A DNA stretch of 64,000 nt, taken from contig JAVJQW010000070.1 of the NCBI GenBank assembly GCA_040218735.1, positions 64,001-128,000 of the forward strand, written 5' to 3'. The notes under the pieces were generated by a model that did not search any database, was not told the DNA's origin, and saw only the letters and a program-made list of their open reading frames with translations. This document shows, one piece after another, positions 1 to 12,720 of the stretch; the first letter of the stretch is position 1; every line of letters begins with the position of its first letter. Source of the DNA: Deltaproteobacteria bacterium. Its GTDB lineage: Bacteria; Myxococcota; Kuafuiibacteriia; Kuafuiibacteriales; Kuafuiibacteriaceae. Made by a program: the position numbers and the translations under genes.

Positions 1-1804
<1,804 letters not shown>

Positions 1805-1860
1805 CGGGCGCCTCAGAGCATCGCCAACAGACGGGGCGGACGTCCAGAGCTTGGAACGTC

Positions 1861-3177
1861 CTAAGTGGCCGTTTCGACGTCGGCGCCAAGGGTCCTCAGC
1901 GCGTCGACGAACCCCGGATAGGAGACATCGGCGACCTCGAACCCTTCGATCTCGGTCGTACCGTCGGCTGTGAGCGCGAGGACGGCGGCCGTCATGGCGA
2001 TTCGGTGATCCTGCGAGGCGGGGATCTTCGCGCCCGAGAGGCGCGCAGGGCCGCGGACGACGAAGCCGTCCTCGGTCTCGTCGGCGTCCGCACCGAACGC
2101 GCGCAGGAGCGCCACGGTCTCGGTGAGGCGGTCCGACTCCTTGTGGCGCAGCTCCGCGGCGTCGGCGACCGTCGTCTCCCCCTGGGCCTGCGTGGCGAGC
2201 GCGCCGATGAGCGGGACTTCGTCGATCGCGCGCAGGAGTGTGTCGCCGTCCACGCGTGTCGCGGTGAGGCGGCCCCCGAAGAGGTCGGAGACGCCGACGC
2301 GGGCCGTGGGCTCGAAGCCAACGTCAGCGCTCGGGTCCAGCGCGAGGACCGCGCCCATCTGCACCAGCACGTCGAGGAGCCCGGTGCGGGACGGGTTCAC
2401 GCCGGTGTCGACGAGGAGCTCGGGGCGGTTCGTGAGCACGGCCGCGGTGATGAGGAACGCGGCCGCGGAGAAGTCGGGCGGCACGTCGTAGCGCTCGGCC
2501 GTCCAGGGCTCGCGGACCGGCTCGATGATCGTGGTGTACAGGTCCGGGCGCTCGAGCGTGACGCCGAGCCCTTCGAGGAGGCGTTCGGTGTGGTCGCGCG
2601 ACGGGCGAGGCTCGACGACGGTCGTGGGGCCGTCGGCGAAGGCACCCGCGAGGAGGAGCGCCGACTTGACCTGGGCGCTCGCGATCTCGAGGAGGTGGGT
2701 GTGGCCCGTCAGTCGGGCGCCCTCGATGGTCAGCGGTGCGCGGAGCGGGCCCTCGTTCGAGTGCAGGCGCGCGCCCATCGTTTCGAGGGGGCGGAGGCGT
2801 TCCATCGGGCGGCGTCGCAGGGAGGCGTCGCCGTCGAGGGTGAAACGGCCGTCGGCGCCGGCGAGGACACCGGCGAGGATGCGGAGCGTGGTGCCGCTGT
2901 TGGCGCAGTCGATCGCTGCGTTGGGTGGCTTCAGGCCGCGTGGGTGTGCGACGCCGTGGACACGAACGCCGTCCGGCGCCTCGTGCAGCTCGACACCGAG
3001 CGCCGCGAGCGCCCGGAGCGTCGCGAGGTTGTCGGCGCCGAGGATGGGGGCGGCGACGAAGGACTCCCCGCCGCCGAGGGCGGCGAAGATCAGGGCGCGG
3101 TGCAGGATCGATTTATCGGGCGGGAGCTGTGCAGTGCCCGAGAGGCGGGCGGGCCCGCGGACGATGAGGGTGGTCAC
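1861..3177 (-). CDS. aroA: 3-phosphoshikimate 1-carboxyvinyltransferase (EPSP synthase)
   Basis: Motifs PPDKSILHR, NSGTTLR, SAQVKSA, RDHTE, ELRHKESDR, DHRIAM. Confidence 0.96.
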   Translation of the reverse strand: MTTLIVRGPARLSGTAQLPPDKSILHRALIFAALGGGESFVAAPILGADNLATLRALAALGVELHEAPDGVRVHGVAHPRGLKPPNAAIDCANSGTTLRILAGVLAGADGRFTLDGDASLRRRPMERLRPLETMGARLHSNEGPLRAPLTIEGARLTGHTHLLEIASAQVKSALLLAGAFADGPTTVVEPRPSRDHTERLLEGLGVTLERPDLYTTIIEPVREPWTAERYDVPPDFSAAAFLITAAVLTNRPELLVDTGVNPSRTGLLDVLVQMGAVLALDPSADVGFEPTARVGVSDLFGGRLTATRVDGDTLLRAIDEVPLIGALATQAQGETTVADAAELRHKESDRLTETVALLRAFGADADETEDGFVVRGPARLSGAKIPASQDHRIAMTAAVLALTADGTTEIEGFEVADVSYPGFVDALRTLGADVETAT

Positions 3178-3668
3178 TGGAGCATGTGGTCGAAGTCGCC
3201 ACCGAACTCTTTTTTGTCCGGGATGGTGAACTTGAAGTCGCGGCGTTCACCGGCGTCGAGCAGGCCGCCGAGTCGGGCGACGTTCTCGATGTGGGAGCCG
3301 ATGACCTTGCCGTCGGCGTCCTTCGGGTAGACGTGGACGAAGACGCGATCGAGGGCTTGGTCGCCGTCGTTGACGATGCTGCCTCGGACCTCGAGGAGGC
3401 CGGGGACGGGCTCGTCGCGATCCGGCTTCATGTTGGGGCCGATCTCGAGGCTCTCCACGCGGACGTTCGCCTTGATATAGGCGCGGCGCTCTTCCTCGGT
3501 CATCTTGACGACGGCGGTGCCGGCGTCGACCTGCACGAACTGCTGCGGGACCTTCTTCTTGGCGTCGGTGACGTCGCGCCCGCGGAAGTAGGCGTACGCG
3601 AGGAGCATGCCGGCGACGACGAAGACGAGCACGATGACGGTCCCGGACCGTCCGCCCTTCTCTGCCAT
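3174..3668 (-). CDS. Membrane-anchored hypothetical protein with FxLYD/DUF3426-like beta-sandwich
   Basis: N-terminal TM helix and the pattern VRGSIVNDG...VYPKDADGKVIG...LDAGERRDF; its stop overlaps the aroA start (GTGA). Confidence 0.7.
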   Translation of the reverse strand: MAEKGGRSGTVIVLVFVVAGMLLAYAYFRGRDVTDAKKKVPQQFVQVDAGTAVVKMTEEERRAYIKANVRVESLEIGPNMKPDRDEPVPGLLEVRGSIVNDGDQALDRVFVHVYPKDADGKVIGSHIENVARLGGLLDAGERRDFKFTIPDKKEFGGDFDHMLQ

Positions 3669-3699
3669 GCGGGGAGCGTCTGGTGCGTGTCGACCCGAG

Positions 3700-4899
3700 T
3701 CAAGCGAGCAGCTCTTCGAGCAGCTCCGCGGCGACGAGGTTCTGCGCGCGCGAGCCGACCGTCATGCGGATCGTCTCGGGGAGGTCATAGCCGCGCATGT
3801 CGCGCACGAGGACCCCGCGCTTCTTCATCGCCTCCACGAGGGGAGCGGCGGCGCGACCGAGCTTCACGAGGAGGAAGTTGGCCTGGCTCGGGACGACCTC
3901 CAGGCCGAGCGCCGTGAAGCGCTCGGTGAGGAGGGTCATGCCCTCCCGAACGAGGCGTTGGCTGGTTCGCAGGTGCGCGTCGTCCTTCAGCGCCGCGAGC
4001 GCGGCTGCTTGCGCGACGGTGCTCGTGTTGTAGGGCTGGCGGACGCAGTCCATGAACCGAACGAGCGAGGGGTCCATCACGCCGTAGCCGATGCGGAGGC
4101 CAGCGAGACCGAACGCCTTCGAGAAGGTGCGGAGCACGACGAGGCGGGGGTGCGCGCGGAAGTCACGGACGCCGTCGGGGTAGTCTTCGGCGACGGCGTA
4201 CTCGTGGTAGGCCTCGTCGAGCACGACGATCACGGAGCGCGGGATGCGATCGAGGAACGCCGCGAGTTGGCGACGCGGGACGTAGGTCCCCGTGGGGTTG
4301 TTCGGGTTGGCAATGAAGACGATCTTCGTGCGCTGATCGACGAGGGCGGCGAGCGCGGAGAGGTCGTAGCGATCGTCGCGTAGCGGAGCGATGAGGATCT
4401 CGCGGCCCGCCGCCTGCGTCACGAGTCGATAAACGACGAAGGACGGCCACGCGGTGACGACCGTCTCTCCCCGGCCGACGAAGGTGCGTACGAGCAGCTC
4501 GATGATCTCGTTGCTGCCATTGCCGACGGCGATGTGGTCGGGGCTGACGCCGTGCCGCTCCGCGAGCGCTTCGCGCAGCGCGATGCTCCCGCCGTCCGGA
4601 TAGAGGTTCACCTCTTCGAGGGCCGCCTTCGCGCCCTCGATCCCGAGCTTGCTGGGGCCGATGACGTTTTCGTTGGCCGCGAGGAGGCAGAGGTCCTGCT
4701 CCGGCACCTGCAGCTCCTTCGCGAGGAGCCGCCACGGGCGACCGGGGGTGTACGGCGTCATCGACGCGATCTGCGGCGGCACGAGCGTCGACGCGGAGAG
4801 CCCGGCCAGCGAACGCGCCGCTTCGGCGATCGCGCGCGCGGCCTCGGCCTCCGTCACGGCGGGCGCGGAGCGCTCCGAGGGGCTCTTGGGATCCGTCAC
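3700..4899 (-). CDS. hisC: Histidinol-phosphate / aromatic aminotransferase (PLP-dependent)
   Basis: Motifs [40 protein letters not shown]. Confidence 0.92.
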   Translation of the reverse strand: MTDPKSPSERSAPAVTEAEAARAIAEAARSLAGLSASTLVPPQIASMTPYTPGRPWRLLAKELQVPEQDLCLLAANENVIGPSKLGIEGAKAALEEVNLYPDGGSIALREALAERHGVSPDHIAVGNGSNEIIELLVRTFVGRGETVVTAWPSFVVYRLVTQAAGREILIAPLRDDRYDLSALAALVDQRTKIVFIANPNNPTGTYVPRRQLAAFLDRIPRSVIVVLDEAYHEYAVAEDYPDGVRDFRAHPRLVVLRTFSKAFGLAGLRIGYGVMDPSLVRFMDCVRQPYNTSTVAQAAALAALKDDAHLRTSQRLVREGMTLLTERFTALGLEVVPSQANFLLVKLGRAAAPLVEAMKKRGVLVRDMRGYDLPETIRMTVGSRAQNLVAAELLEELLA

Positions 4900-6725
4900 G
4901 CGCGCTTCCCTCGCGCGCTGGTCGTGGAGCGCCGGGCGCGCGTGGATTTCTTTGCGGCCGCCTTCTTGGGCGCGGATTTCTTTGCGGCCGCCTTCTTGGG
5001 CGCGGATTTCTTTGCGGCCGCCTTCTTGGGCGCGGATTTCTTTGCGGCCGCCTTCTTGGGCGCGGAGTTCTTTGCGGCCGCCTTCTTCGTTGCGGATTTC
5101 TTTGCGCCCGCCTTCTTGGCTGCGGATTTCCTTGCGGTCGACTTCGTCACTGCGGATTTCTTTGCGCCCGCCTTCTTGGCTGCGGATTTCCTTGCGGTCG
5201 ACTTCGTCGCTGCGGATTTCTTTGCGCCCGGCTTCTTCACTGCGGATTCCCTCGCCGCCGGCTTCTTCGCTGCGGACTTCGTCGCTGCGACCTTCGTCGC
5301 TGCGACCTTCGTCGCTACGGACTTCTTTGCGGCTGCCTTCTTCGCTTCGGATTTCCTTGCGCCCGCCCTCTTCACTGCGGACTTCCTTGCGCCCGCCCTC
5401 TTCACTGCGGACTTCTTTGCGCCCGCCGCGCTCTCCGAGCTCACCGCGTCGCGCTCCCCCGCTGGCGCCGACGAAGAAGCGTCGGCCGGCGCGTTGCGGT
5501 CACTTTCGACGAGGTCCTCGACGCCGGTCGGGTGGGGCTCGGCCGGGGCGACCGGGAGCGTGCCCTCGGCGGCGAGGGCGCCCTCCTCCATGGCCTCCGG
5601 GGCGGGGCTGTCGGGATGCACCGGCTCCGCAGCCACACGCTCCGCACGTCGGGATCGCTCGGGGGCGGTCGACTTGCCCAAGGTGCTCGGCGGTGCGACC
5701 GGCACGCCCAGCGCGCCGAGGCGTCGGAACTTCTCGTAGCGGTCCTCGATCAACGCCGCGGGCTTCATGCGGCCGAGCTGTACGAGCTGCTTCGAGACCG
5801 CGGCGCCGAGGCGCTGCGCCGCCAGCGGCACGTCGCGATGGCCGCCGCCGACGGGCTCCGTGATCACGTCATCCACGACGCCCAACTCGACGAGATCCGG
5901 CGCCGTGAGTCGAAGCGCATCCGCGGCGCGCTCCGCGTAGGCCGCGTCCTTGAAGAGAATCGACGCGCACCCCTCGGGCGAGATCACCGAGTAGATGCCG
6001 TACTCCATCATCAGCACCCGATTTGCGACGCCGATGGCCAGCGCACCGCCGCTGCCGCCCTCGCCGATCACGACGGTGACCACCGGCACCGAGAGCGCCG
6101 CCATCCCCTCGAGCGCCTCGGCGATGGCTTGGGCCTGTCCGCGCTCTTCGGCGCCAATCCCAGGGTACGCGCCGGGGGTGTCGATCAACGTCACGATCGG
6201 CAGCCCGAACCGCTCCGCCACCCGCATCAGACGCAGCGCCTTGCGGTAGCCCTCCGGTCGCGGCATCCCGAAGTTACGCGTCAGGTTCTCCTTGGTGCTG
6301 CGCCCCTTTTGGTGGCCGATCACCATCACCGAACGCCCGTCGAGGCGCGCGAGGCCACCGACAATCGACCGGTCGTCCGCGAACCCGCGGTCGCCGTGCA
6401 GCTCGACGAAGTTCGAGAACGCGTGGCTCAGGTAGTCGAGCGTGTAAGGTCGCGACGGGTGCCGCGCGAGCTGTACGATCTGCCAGCGCGACAGCTTCGA
6501 GAAGATCTCCTGCCGCAGGGATCGCGCGCGATCTTCGAGCGCCGACAGCTGGCGTTCGAAATCCGGGCCCTTCTTCTTTCGCTTCGTCTTCTTCCGCGGC
6601 TTCTTGTCCAGCCCGGTGTCGACGATGTTGGCCAGGCTGTCCCGACCGGCCGCCTGCCGGCGAAGCTCGTCGATCTGTCGCTCGAGCTCGAGGACGGGTC
6701 GCTCGAAGTCCAGTTCCCGCGTCAC
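4896..6725 (-). CDS. accA: Acetyl-CoA carboxylase carboxyltransferase alpha subunit with a long Lys/Ala-rich C-terminal extension
   Basis: Motifs [59 protein letters not shown] in the first ~335 aa, followed by a ~270-aa tail. Confidence 0.95.
   Translation of the reverse strand: MTRELDFERPVLELERQIDELRRQAAGRDSLANIVDTGLDKKPRKKTKRKKKGPDFERQLSALEDRARSLRQEIFSKLSRWQIVQLARHPSRPYTLDYLSHAFSNFVELHGDRGFADDRSIVGGLARLDGRSVMVIGHQKGRSTKENLTRNFGMPRPEGYRKALRLMRVAERFGLPIVTLIDTPGAYPGIGAEERGQAQAIAEALEGMAALSVPVVTVVIGEGGSGGALAIGVANRVLMMEYGIYSVISPEGCASILFKDAAYAERAADALRLTAPDLVELGVVDDVITEPVGGGHRDVPLAAQRLGAAVSKQLVQLGRMKPAALIEDRYEKFRRLGALGVPVAPPSTLGKSTAPERSRRAERVAAEPVHPDSPAPEAMEEGALAAEGTLPVAPAEPHPTGVEDLVESDRNAPADASSSAPAGERDAVSSESAAGAKKSAVKRAGARKSAVKRAGARKSEAKKAAAKKSVATKVAATKVAATKSAAKKPAARESAVKKPGAKKSAATKSTARKSAAKKAGAKKSAVTKSTARKSAAKKAGAKKSATKKAAAKNSAPKKAAAKKSAPKKAAAKKSAPKKAAAKKSAPKKAAAKKSTRARRSTTSARGKRA
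4942..5420. repeat. In-frame tandem repeats (30-bp, 60-bp and 15-bp units) encoding the H1-like AccA tail
   Basis: GCGGATTTCTTTGCGGCCGCCTTCTTGGGC occurs 4-5 times from 4942, a near-identical 60-bp duplication follows at 5092-5211, then degenerate copies; encodes ([10 protein letters not shown])n. Confidence 0.95.
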
Positions 6726-6781
6726 GGCCGGGGACTACACCACGCGTACCGGTGCCGGAGAAGAACGAAATTCGAAGCGCC

Positions 6782-7702
6782 TCAGCTCCGCCAGCGCTCC
6801 ACGAGCTGCGCCACCAACGCATCCGGGCCGGCTTCTGCGTCGACCCACCACACGTCCGGCTCCTTGTTGAACCAGTTCTTCTGACGCTTCGCGTACTGCC
6901 GGGTCTCGATCGTGGTCCGTTCGACCGCCTCCGCGTGCGTCATTCGGCCCGCCAGGACCGCGACGGCGTCCCGATACCCGATGATCGACAGCCCCGGCGC
7001 GTCCGGCGCGATCCCCGCATCCAGAGCCGTCTTTGTCTCCTCCAGGATCCCCTCCGCGAACATCCGCTCCGTGCGCTCGGCGATCCGGGACCACAACGTC
7101 TCTTTCGGCCACGCCGGCGCAACCCCGACCAGCCGGTGTCGCTCCTCCGCGAACCGGTGAGCCTCCTGAAACTGAGAGATGGGTCGCCCGGTCTGCCGAA
7201 ACACCTCGAGCGCCCGTCCGATCCGCTGCGGGTCCTTCGATTCGATCCGCGACGCCGCCAGCGGATCCACACGCCGCAGCTCCTCGTGCATGACCTCACT
7301 CCCGCGTTCGGCGAGCTCTTCGCGCACCTTCTCGCGAACCTCCGGATCGATCGCGGGCGCTTCGAAGATGCCTCGCGCCAACGCACGCATCCACAACCCC
7401 GTCCCGCCGCAGAGGATCGGCACCCGCCCCCGTCCGCGAATGTCTGCGATCGCCTCGTCCGCCGCCCGCGCGAAGTCGGCGGCCGTCCACTGCTGGTCGG
7501 GGGGCAGCACGTCGATCAGGTGATGCGGCGCGGCCGCCTGCTCCGCCGGCGTGGGCTTGGCGGTTCCGACGTCCAGCCCGATGAAGATCGCCGCCGAGTC
7601 GCAGCTCACGATCTCCCCGTCGAGCTGGGCGGCGACGCGGATCGCGAGCGCGGTCTTCCCGGAGCACGTCTGCCCCATCACGGCGATGAGCGGTTCGGTC
7701 AC
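6782..7702 (-). CDS. miaA: tRNA dimethylallyltransferase
   Basis: Motifs GQTCSGKT, DVGTAKP, PHHLID, GGTGLW, TRQYAKRQKNWF; start set at GTG 7702, overlapping the mutL TGA; classic mutL-miaA pairing. Confidence 0.95.
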   Translation of the reverse strand: MTEPLIAVMGQTCSGKTALAIRVAAQLDGEIVSCDSAAIFIGLDVGTAKPTPAEQAAAPHHLIDVLPPDQQWTAADFARAADEAIADIRGRGRVPILCGGTGLWMRALARGIFEAPAIDPEVREKVREELAERGSEVMHEELRRVDPLAASRIESKDPQRIGRALEVFRQTGRPISQFQEAHRFAEERHRLVGVAPAWPKETLWSRIAERTERMFAEGILEETKTALDAGIAPDAPGLSIIGYRDAVAVLAGRMTHAEAVERTTIETRQYAKRQKNWFNKEPDVWWVDAEAGPDALVAQLVERWRS

Positions 7703-9933
7703 GAGCGGTGGAACATCTTCGCGAGGGTCGAAGCCTCGAAGTCCACGAACACCGGACGTCCGTGCGGGCAGTGCGCCCCGAAGTCGATCGTATCCATCTG
7801 AACGAGCAACGCCTTGATCTCCGGGTTCGTGAGGCGGTCCCCTGCGCGCACCACGGTGTGACACGCGGCGCACGACAGCAGCGCCTCGACGCGCTCCTCG
7901 TAGGGCGTCGTCTGATCGACCTCCTTCAGCTCGTCGAGGAGGTCCAACACGAGCGACTCCAACTTCACCGTCCCGAGCGCCACCGGACACGACTTCACCA
8001 CCCAGGTCGCGCCCCCGAAGGGTTCGAGTTGGACGCCCAGCTCCGCGAGCCGCTCCCCCTCCGTCTCCGCGATCGCCGCGCGCGCGGGATCGAGCTCGAT
8101 CGACAGCGGCACGAGCAGCGGCTGCACCTGCAGCGCCTTCGCCTTGCGCTGCGTTCGCATCCGCTCGAACGCGATGCGCTCGTGCGCCGCGTGTTGATCG
8201 ATGATGACCATACGGTCGGGCCCCTGGCACACGAGGTACGTCGACAACACCTGCCCCACCGGCTCCAACGCCCCGAAGTGCACGCGCCGATCGGGCGTAC
8301 CGTCGAACGCAAACGCGTCGCTCATCGACGGGGGACGCAGCTCCGGCCGCGGTCCGCTCCGCTGCCCGAACGCTCGCGCGAGCCGCGCGCCGTGCGCGCC
8401 GCCGTAACCGGAGGCGCCGTCGCGGCCGAACGATGCCCCCCCGGCCGGCCCGCCCGTCGACCGTCCGTCCGCGCCGCCGCGCGACGGATCGTGGAAGCCG
8501 CGTGCGCCGGCACCGCGACCCGAGGGCGGCGCGCCGCGCCCCCACGCTCCGGCCGCGGCCGGATCCGCGTACGCCGAATCCGTCGGGCGCGCGCCGACAT
8601 CCGAACCGTAGGCTTGGTCTGCGCTGGCCCCGGCGGCGCCTCCGGCGCTCGACCCGTGCGCGAAATCTGAGGGGCTTCGCGAGCCCGAACCCGAACCCGA
8701 ACCCGAACCCGAGACCGAGACCGAACCCGAGACCGAGACCGAGGCCGAATCCGATCCCGAATCCGATCCCGAATCCGGTCCCGAATCCGATCCCGAATCC
8801 GATCCCGAGACCGAACCCGAGACCGAGGCCGAATCCGAACCCGAGACCGAACCCGAACCCGAGACCGACGCCGCATCCGATCCCACGCCCACCCGCGCAC
8901 CGCCACCGTAGCGCCCCGCCTCCAACCACGGCTGCGCCGTCAGCGTCCGCCTCAGCGTCCCGCTCACTGCGCGGTGGACGTCGCTCGTCCGCGCGAAGCG
9001 GACCTCGGTCTTCTGCGGGTGTACGTTCACGTCGAGGGCCTCGGGATCGAGGTCGATGTACAGCACCACCACCGGGTGGCGCCCGCGCTCCATGATCGTT
9101 CGGTAGGCGTCGGTGATTGCGTGCTGGATCGTCCGGTCGCGGACGAAGCGTCCGTTCACGAACGTGTAGATCCCGCGCGCCGTGCGCTCGGAGTGCTCCG
9201 GCGACGACACGAATCCCGTCACGCGGATCGCCCAGTCCATGCCGTCGTCGGGGATGGCGTAGAGGTGGTCACCCGCGCGCTTGCCGAGGATGCGTCGCAC
9301 GCGGCCGATCGGATCGCTCGGCGCCTCCGGGGGGATGTCGAGCACCACGCGTCCGCCGTGGGTCAGCGTGAACGCTCGGTCTCGGCGGGCCAGCGACAGG
9401 CGGACCAACGCGTCGGTGATGTGACTCATCTCCGTCGCCGGCCGCTTCAGGAACTTCCGCCGCGCGGGGACGTTGTAGAAGAGGTCACACACGTCGATCG
9501 ACGTGCCCTCCGCCGCCCCCGCCTCGACCACCGTCTGCAGGTGCCCGCCCTCGACGAACAGCTCCGTCCCCACGTCTTCGCCGCGTGCTCGCGTCACCAT
9601 CGTGAAGCGACTCACCGACGCGATCGACGGGATCGCCTCCCCCCGAAACCCGAGCGTCCGCACCGTGGTCAGGTCGTCGGCCGTCCGTATCTTCGAGGTC
9701 GCGTGCCGCTCCAGGCACAGCCGCGCGTCGGCCTCGTTCATCCCGTGACCGTCATCGACGACGCGGATCCGCTCCACCCCGCCCGCCTCGACCTCCACGC
9801 GCACCCGCTGTGCGTCGGCATCGAGCGCGTTCTCGACGAGCTCCTTCACCACCGACGCCGGCCGCTCCACGACCTCGCCGGCCGCGATCTGGTTCGCCAC
9901 CGCCTCCGGCAACCTGACGACACGACCGCTCAT
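7699..9933 (-). CDS. mutL: DNA mismatch repair protein MutL (endonuclease type)
   Basis: Motifs [39 protein letters not shown], and endonuclease motifs [12 protein letters not shown] and CPHGRP; ATG 9933 preferred as start. Confidence 0.97.
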   Translation of the reverse strand: MSGRVVRLPEAVANQIAAGEVVERPASVVKELVENALDADAQRVRVEVEAGGVERIRVVDDGHGMNEADARLCLERHATSKIRTADDLTTVRTLGFRGEAIPSIASVSRFTMVTRARGEDVGTELFVEGGHLQTVVEAGAAEGTSIDVCDLFYNVPARRKFLKRPATEMSHITDALVRLSLARRDRAFTLTHGGRVVLDIPPEAPSDPIGRVRRILGKRAGDHLYAIPDDGMDWAIRVTGFVSSPEHSERTARGIYTFVNGRFVRDRTIQHAITDAYRTIMERGRHPVVVLYIDLDPEALDVNVHPQKTEVRFARTSDVHRAVSGTLRRTLTAQPWLEAGRYGGGARVGVGSDAASVSGSGSVSGSDSASVSGSVSGSDSGSDSGPDSGSDSGSDSASVSVSGSVSVSGSGSGSGSGSRSPSDFAHGSSAGGAAGASADQAYGSDVGARPTDSAYADPAAAGAWGRGAPPSGRGAGARGFHDPSRGGADGRSTGGPAGGASFGRDGASGYGGAHGARLARAFGQRSGPRPELRPPSMSDAFAFDGTPDRRVHFGALEPVGQVLSTYLVCQGPDRMVIIDQHAAHERIAFERMRTQRKAKALQVQPLLVPLSIELDPARAAIAETEGERLAELGVQLEPFGGATWVVKSCPVALGTVKLESLVLDLLDELKEVDQTTPYEERVEALLSCAACHTVVRAGDRLTNPEIKALLVQMDTIDFGAHCPHGRPVFVDFEASTLAKMFHRS
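8685..8882. repeat. Degenerate hexamer repeat tract (CCGANN, ~33 units) in the MutL linker
   Basis: CCGAAC/CCGAGA/CCGAAT/CCGATC units encoding Ser-X dipeptides (SG, SV, SD) on the minus strand. Confidence 0.93.
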
Positions 9934-9990
9934 TCGGGCGCGGAGCATAACAGACGACCCCACCGGCGCCTCGTGCTACGCCCCTTCGTC

Positions 9991-10755
9991 ATGGGACCGA
10001 CCTGGGTGCTCGGCGATCCCCACGCCGGCCACGACGCCGAAGCCGACGCCGCGCTCCTCGAGCTTCTCCATCGCGCCGCCGAACACGCCGTGGACCTCGT
10101 CGTCATGGGCGATCTCTTCGTCGCCTGGATCGCGCGCCCGCGCTTCTTCACGCCCCTCCAGGCGAACGTCGTCGCCGCCCTCGAATCGGTCCGGAACCGC
10201 GGCGGCCGCGTGCGCTTCGTCGTCGGCAACCGCGACTACCTCGTCGACGGGCTCCTCGGCTCTGCCTTCGACGCCGTCTACGCCGACGAAGTGCTCGTCG
10301 ACGTCGGCGGCGCCAAGACGCTCCTGCTGCACGGTGACGGCCTCGACCCCGAAGACCGCCCGTACCGAGCCTGGCGCGCCTTCTCGCGCAGCGCCCCCGC
10401 CCGCGCGCTCCTCGAAGCCCTCCCCGGCGCCGTCGGCCGCCAGCTCGCGGAGCGCACCGAGCGCGGCCTCCGCGACGTCAATACGCAGTACAAGACCGGT
10501 CCGCTCCCCGTCCGCGCGCTCCAGGCCGTCAGCCGCCGCGCCGCCCGCGCCGGCGCCGCCCGCGCGATCGTCGGGCACTTCCACGACGACGCGACGATCA
10601 CGGCCGACGACGGCGTCCCCGTCCACGTCGCCCCGGGCTGGTTCGAGCGCCGCGTCGTCCTCGAAGCGACCCCCGACGCGCTCCGCGCGGTCGCTGGCGG
10701 TCCGAGCGCGTCGAGGTCCGAAGATGTACCGACCGGCACTCAGGGTTCCGATTGA
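9991..10755 (+). CDS. Metallophosphoesterase, UDP-2,3-diacylglucosamine hydrolase (LpxH-like)
   Basis: Motifs GDPH, GDLF, GNRD, HGD, GHFH; ATG 9991 (the longer ORF in the track overlaps mutL antisense). Confidence 0.8.
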   Translation: MGPTWVLGDPHAGHDAEADAALLELLHRAAEHAVDLVVMGDLFVAWIARPRFFTPLQANVVAALESVRNRGGRVRFVVGNRDYLVDGLLGSAFDAVYADEVLVDVGGAKTLLLHGDGLDPEDRPYRAWRAFSRSAPARALLEALPGAVGRQLAERTERGLRDVNTQYKTGPLPVRALQAVSRRAARAGAARAIVGHFHDDATITADDGVPVHVAPGWFERRVVLEATPDALRAVAGGPSASRSEDVPTGTQGSD

Positions 10756-10791
10756 CCGGACCGAAGGCGTTCGACTAACGCTCCAGGTCGC

Positions 10792-12018
10792 ATGAATCGG
10801 CACGTTCTCTCCCTCGCCTTCGGGAGCGCCCTCCTCACCGTCGCCTGCAGCGGCGGCAGCTCGGACGACGACGACACCACCAAACCTGGCCTCTGCCTCG
10901 ACGTCAGCGGATCCACCGACGTCGGCGGCCTCGCGATCCGCAACCCGGAGTCCGAGGTCGCGGGGTGCCGCGGCGTGGACGGCAGCAGCGCCGAGGTCCG
11001 CATCTGCGAGGAGAAGGCACCCGACCTCTCCTGCGTCGACATGAGCGAGCCCCTCGGCACGTCCGTCGACGTGACGTTCACGGGCTGCGTCAGCTCGTTC
11101 GGCCTCGACGCCCAGTCCGACGGCCTCGTGGTGACGATCCTCGAGGAGAGCGTCGCCGGCATCGCGACCGATCCCGGGTACAACTACGCCGGTACCCCGG
11201 CGATGGGACAAAACGCCGAGAAGACCTCCAGCGCGTTCCTCGGGCAGGTCATCTCCCAGAGCGTGCCCGCCTCGACGTGCATCGACGGCGGCAGCTTCTC
11301 CGTCGCGGACATCCCCACGGAGCGCCCGCTGATCGTCCGCGTGACGGATCAAAACCAAGACATCGCGGATCGGCAGTACGTCGACACGTATCAGTACAAC
11401 GTGATCCTCAGGAACTCCGCCGTGCGCGACGCGACGACGATGGAGCTGCTGACGGACACGTCGAGCTGCTCACCGACCACCTGCATCGTGCAGGACGACG
11501 TGAACACCGTCTTCGAGACGACGTTCACCACCATCGCCCTCACCGCGGGTGTGTCGAACATCGACGGCGACGACGACCTCTACGACGGCGTCGGCCAGGG
11601 GCACGTCGCCGGAGAGATCCAGGACTGCACGTCCGAAGACACCATGAAGAACGCGGTGGTGGCGCTCTCCTCGAACGTGAAGAAGCTCGCCTACTTCAAC
11701 GTCGACTTCCCGCCCGCCGTCGCGAACCTCGAGGACCCCAAGGTCGACCAGACCCGCAACCGCACCAACGCCGACGGTCTGTACGCAGCCATCGCGGTCG
11801 ACACGCAGGACGGCGGCGAAGCGATCACCATCGGCGCGGCGATCACCACGGACGTCTGCGGCGCCGACGGTGAGTGCCGGTGCAACGACGACGGGACGCT
11901 CAACGAAGCGAACACTATCGAGCCGACGATTCAACAGCTCGGCACCCGGGAGATCTACGTCTACCCGGACTCGATCACGATCCTGACGTTCGACCGGGCG
12001 CTCTACACCGCACCCTGA
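10792..12018 (+). CDS. Hypothetical acidic lipoprotein
   Basis: Signal with lipobox LTVAC, paired cysteines, GC-rich third codon positions. Confidence 0.8.
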   Translation: MNRHVLSLAFGSALLTVACSGGSSDDDDTTKPGLCLDVSGSTDVGGLAIRNPESEVAGCRGVDGSSAEVRICEEKAPDLSCVDMSEPLGTSVDVTFTGCVSSFGLDAQSDGLVVTILEESVAGIATDPGYNYAGTPAMGQNAEKTSSAFLGQVISQSVPASTCIDGGSFSVADIPTERPLIVRVTDQNQDIADRQYVDTYQYNVILRNSAVRDATTMELLTDTSSCSPTTCIVQDDVNTVFETTFTTIALTAGVSNIDGDDDLYDGVGQGHVAGEIQDCTSEDTMKNAVVALSSNVKKLAYFNVDFPPAVANLEDPKVDQTRNRTNADGLYAAIAVDTQDGGEAITIGAAITTDVCGADGECRCNDDGTLNEANTIEPTIQQLGTREIYVYPDSITILTFDRALYTAP

Positions 12019-12025
12019 GCGCGAA

Positions 12026-12655
12026 TCACGCCGAGCGCTTCTGCGCTTCGGGCGCCGTTCCGAAAACATAGTCCCAGATCGGCGAGGACACGCCGTAGCG
12101 CGTCGGCTCGTGTTTGAAGTGGTGCGCGAGGTGGTAGGCGCGAATCCACTTCAGCACGCGGTTCTTCGGCGCGAAGTGGTGCGTGTAGTAGTGAATCATG
12201 TCGTACGCGAGGTACCCGGTCACCAGGCCGGCGAACGCCGCGTAGCGGTTCACGTCGCCGAGGCCCTCGGTGTACAGCCACCAAAAGAGCGCCGCGAGCG
12301 GCAGCGAGATCGCCGGCGGGAAGACCAGGCGCATCTTGTCGTTCGGCCAGTCGTGGTGCACGCCGTGCGCAAGCCAGATGAAGCGCTTCCCGAGCTTCGA
12401 CTTCGCCTCGTAGTGAAAGAGGAGTCGGTGGAGCCAGTACTCCATCAGCGTCCAGTTCACGAGGCCCGCGAGGAACAGCGCGGCGAACAGCAGCACCGAG
12501 TTGCCGAGCGCGAACGCGCGGAAGCTCGTCCACGCGATCATCGGCAGGAAGATGACGGGGGGCTGCCAGGGCGGGATCCGCGAGAAGAACTCGAACAGAT
12601 CGCTCTCGAACATCCGCTTGGACTCGCTGTCCTTGGCCACCTTCACCGCTCGCAT
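12026..12655 (-). CDS. Fatty-acid hydroxylase / sterol desaturase family protein (FA2H/Scs7-like)
   Basis: His boxes EYWLHRLLFH, HGVHH, HYYTHH, HLAHH; C-terminal YGVSSPIWDYVFGT. Confidence 0.9.
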   Translation of the reverse strand: MRAVKVAKDSESKRMFESDLFEFFSRIPPWQPPVIFLPMIAWTSFRAFALGNSVLLFAALFLAGLVNWTLMEYWLHRLLFHYEAKSKLGKRFIWLAHGVHHDWPNDKMRLVFPPAISLPLAALFWWLYTEGLGDVNRYAAFAGLVTGYLAYDMIHYYTHHFAPKNRVLKWIRAYHLAHHFKHEPTRYGVSSPIWDYVFGTAPEAQKRSA

Positions 12656-12720
12656 GACGCGGGGCGCAAGCTAGGGGACGGGACGCCGAGAACGCAAGGG
12701 ATCTCAGCAGGTTATTGCGA

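Noticed and set aside
4942-5100. 30-bp direct repeats as a CRISPR array
   Set aside because: The repeats are contiguous without spacers and in-frame coding, and no cas genes are present
7703-8929. GFG-repeat N-terminal extension of the 715-aa MiaA ORF
   Set aside because: It is an alternative frame of the mutL repeat tract; MiaA homology starts at GTG 7702
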